NCBI GenBank assembly: GCA_001179505.1
Contig: CDMY01000624.1
Location: 1-64,000 of the forward strand
Length of the DNA: 64,000 nt
DNA from: Vitrella brassicaformis CCMP3155
Lineage: Eukaryota; Protista; Chromerida
Direction of reading: 5' to 3'
Both the position numbers and the translations under genes were made by a program. Shown in pieces: positions 63,038 to 64,000 of this stretch; within the stretch, counting starts at the first letter, position 1, and each line of letters opens with the position of its first letter. The notes under the pieces were generated by a model. That model was not told where the DNA came from and ran no database searches. It worked only from the letters and a program-made list of their open reading frames with translations.

Positions 63038-63815
63038 ATGGGTTATGTGGAGCGGCTGGCGGCGGCCGCCCAGCCCCTCCCGGGAGAGGAGAAGAGGACA
63101 CTCGAACAAGCAGGTACATCCCACACACATTTGCTCACCACCTGCACGATTTCTTGTCATTTCATTGTCCTGCTCATGCTGCTGCTCTCTGTTGTCTGTT
63201 TGGGCGCCCAGAATCAGAGTGTCGGAAGATCTTTGAAGAGCTGCAGCTCAAGCAGCAGCAGCAGAAGCAGCAGCGGCAAGGCAGCACAGGCACAGACCCC
63301 CATGGCAGCGACGCCCACTCGGCCTTCGACAGGCTGGCGCGCACCCAGGGCCTGCACCCTGCCGCCAAGGGCAGCCCCCTGGCGCAGCTGCTGCTGGAGG
63401 GGTCTCGCGAGGCGTTCCTGGAGACGCTGCGTGTGAGCCTGCCGACTCAGGCTGACCTGAAGGCGATAGCTGACGTGATGGTGCAGTACTGCGACCCACG
63501 GGGAGAGATGGGCAGGGTCAACCATGAGGGCTTCGAGAAGGTCGGTAGGTCGGTAGGCCGGGTCGGTGGGGGAGGGAGGGAAACGATGGCTGGATGGCTG
63601 TGCGTGCGTCGGTGGACGGACGGATGCTATCCATGGATGTCTTTTGTCTTTAGGTGAGGACGCTGCTGCCCGAGGCGTTCCATCACTTCTTCACCCCCAA
63701 GGTCTTCGCCAAACTCAAACGAGACGAGTGAGTCAGTCAGTGGGGGGGCGACGCATTGCACTGCATGCCGGTGTCGGGTCGGCTTTGCGCCCATCAATCC
63801 ACACACTCACTTCTA

Positions 63816-63849
<34 letters not shown>

Positions 63850-64000
63850 CAGGTACGGGTGCATCTCAGTGGAGGAGCTCACATACCACATCTATCAGAC
63901 CAGTAAGTAGCAACTACCCAACTCAGCGAGCAGGGCAGCTGCAGCAAGCATTGCTCGTGTCATGTGTGCCTTTGTGTGTGTGTATGTGCAGCGAGCATCT
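63038..64000 (+). CDS. PPP2R3C: PP2A regulatory subunit B''-gamma-like protein (5' part; runs off the window)
   Basis: VNHEGFEK / LPEAFHHFFTPKVFAKLKRD / YGCISVEELTYH resembles the INYE.F.K...F...F.KL..D.YGRIS motif of PPP2R3C. Confidence 0.65.

Overview
Eukaryotic, GC-rich, intron-dense genomic DNA with short GT-AG introns full of (CA)n/(TG)n, (GA)n and (TGGA)n microsatellites and five 300-N scaffold gaps. The intron style and a signal-peptide + SAF-type plastid leader suggest a chromerid alveolate such as Vitrella (inference, not verified). Recognisable genes: eIF4E-family protein, neuroguidin/Lcp5, an LRAT/PPPDE-type permuted papain-like protein, ARMT1/DUF89 phosphatase, a Ser/Thr kinase, a DAO-family FAD oxidoreductase, a class I SAM methyltransferase, HRD1, a GT1 sterol glucosyltransferase-like protein and a PP2A B''-gamma-like fragment, plus several hypothetical genes. 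Two things stand out. (1) A roughly 30-exon stand-alone NRPS at 25997-33812 with the architecture A(interrupted by N-methyltransferase)-T-TE, no condensation domain and a near-glycine specificity code. (2) In the first 18 kb, a duplicated and inverted array of unknown 'family A' genes, three of which sit head-to-head with a partner across 76-114 nt containing a TTTAC-N11-13-GTAAA palindrome. The partner is a fast-diverging 'family B' gene (apparently a distant paralog of A) in two cases and the papain-like gene in the third. All exon boundaries were read by hand and are approximate unless stated.
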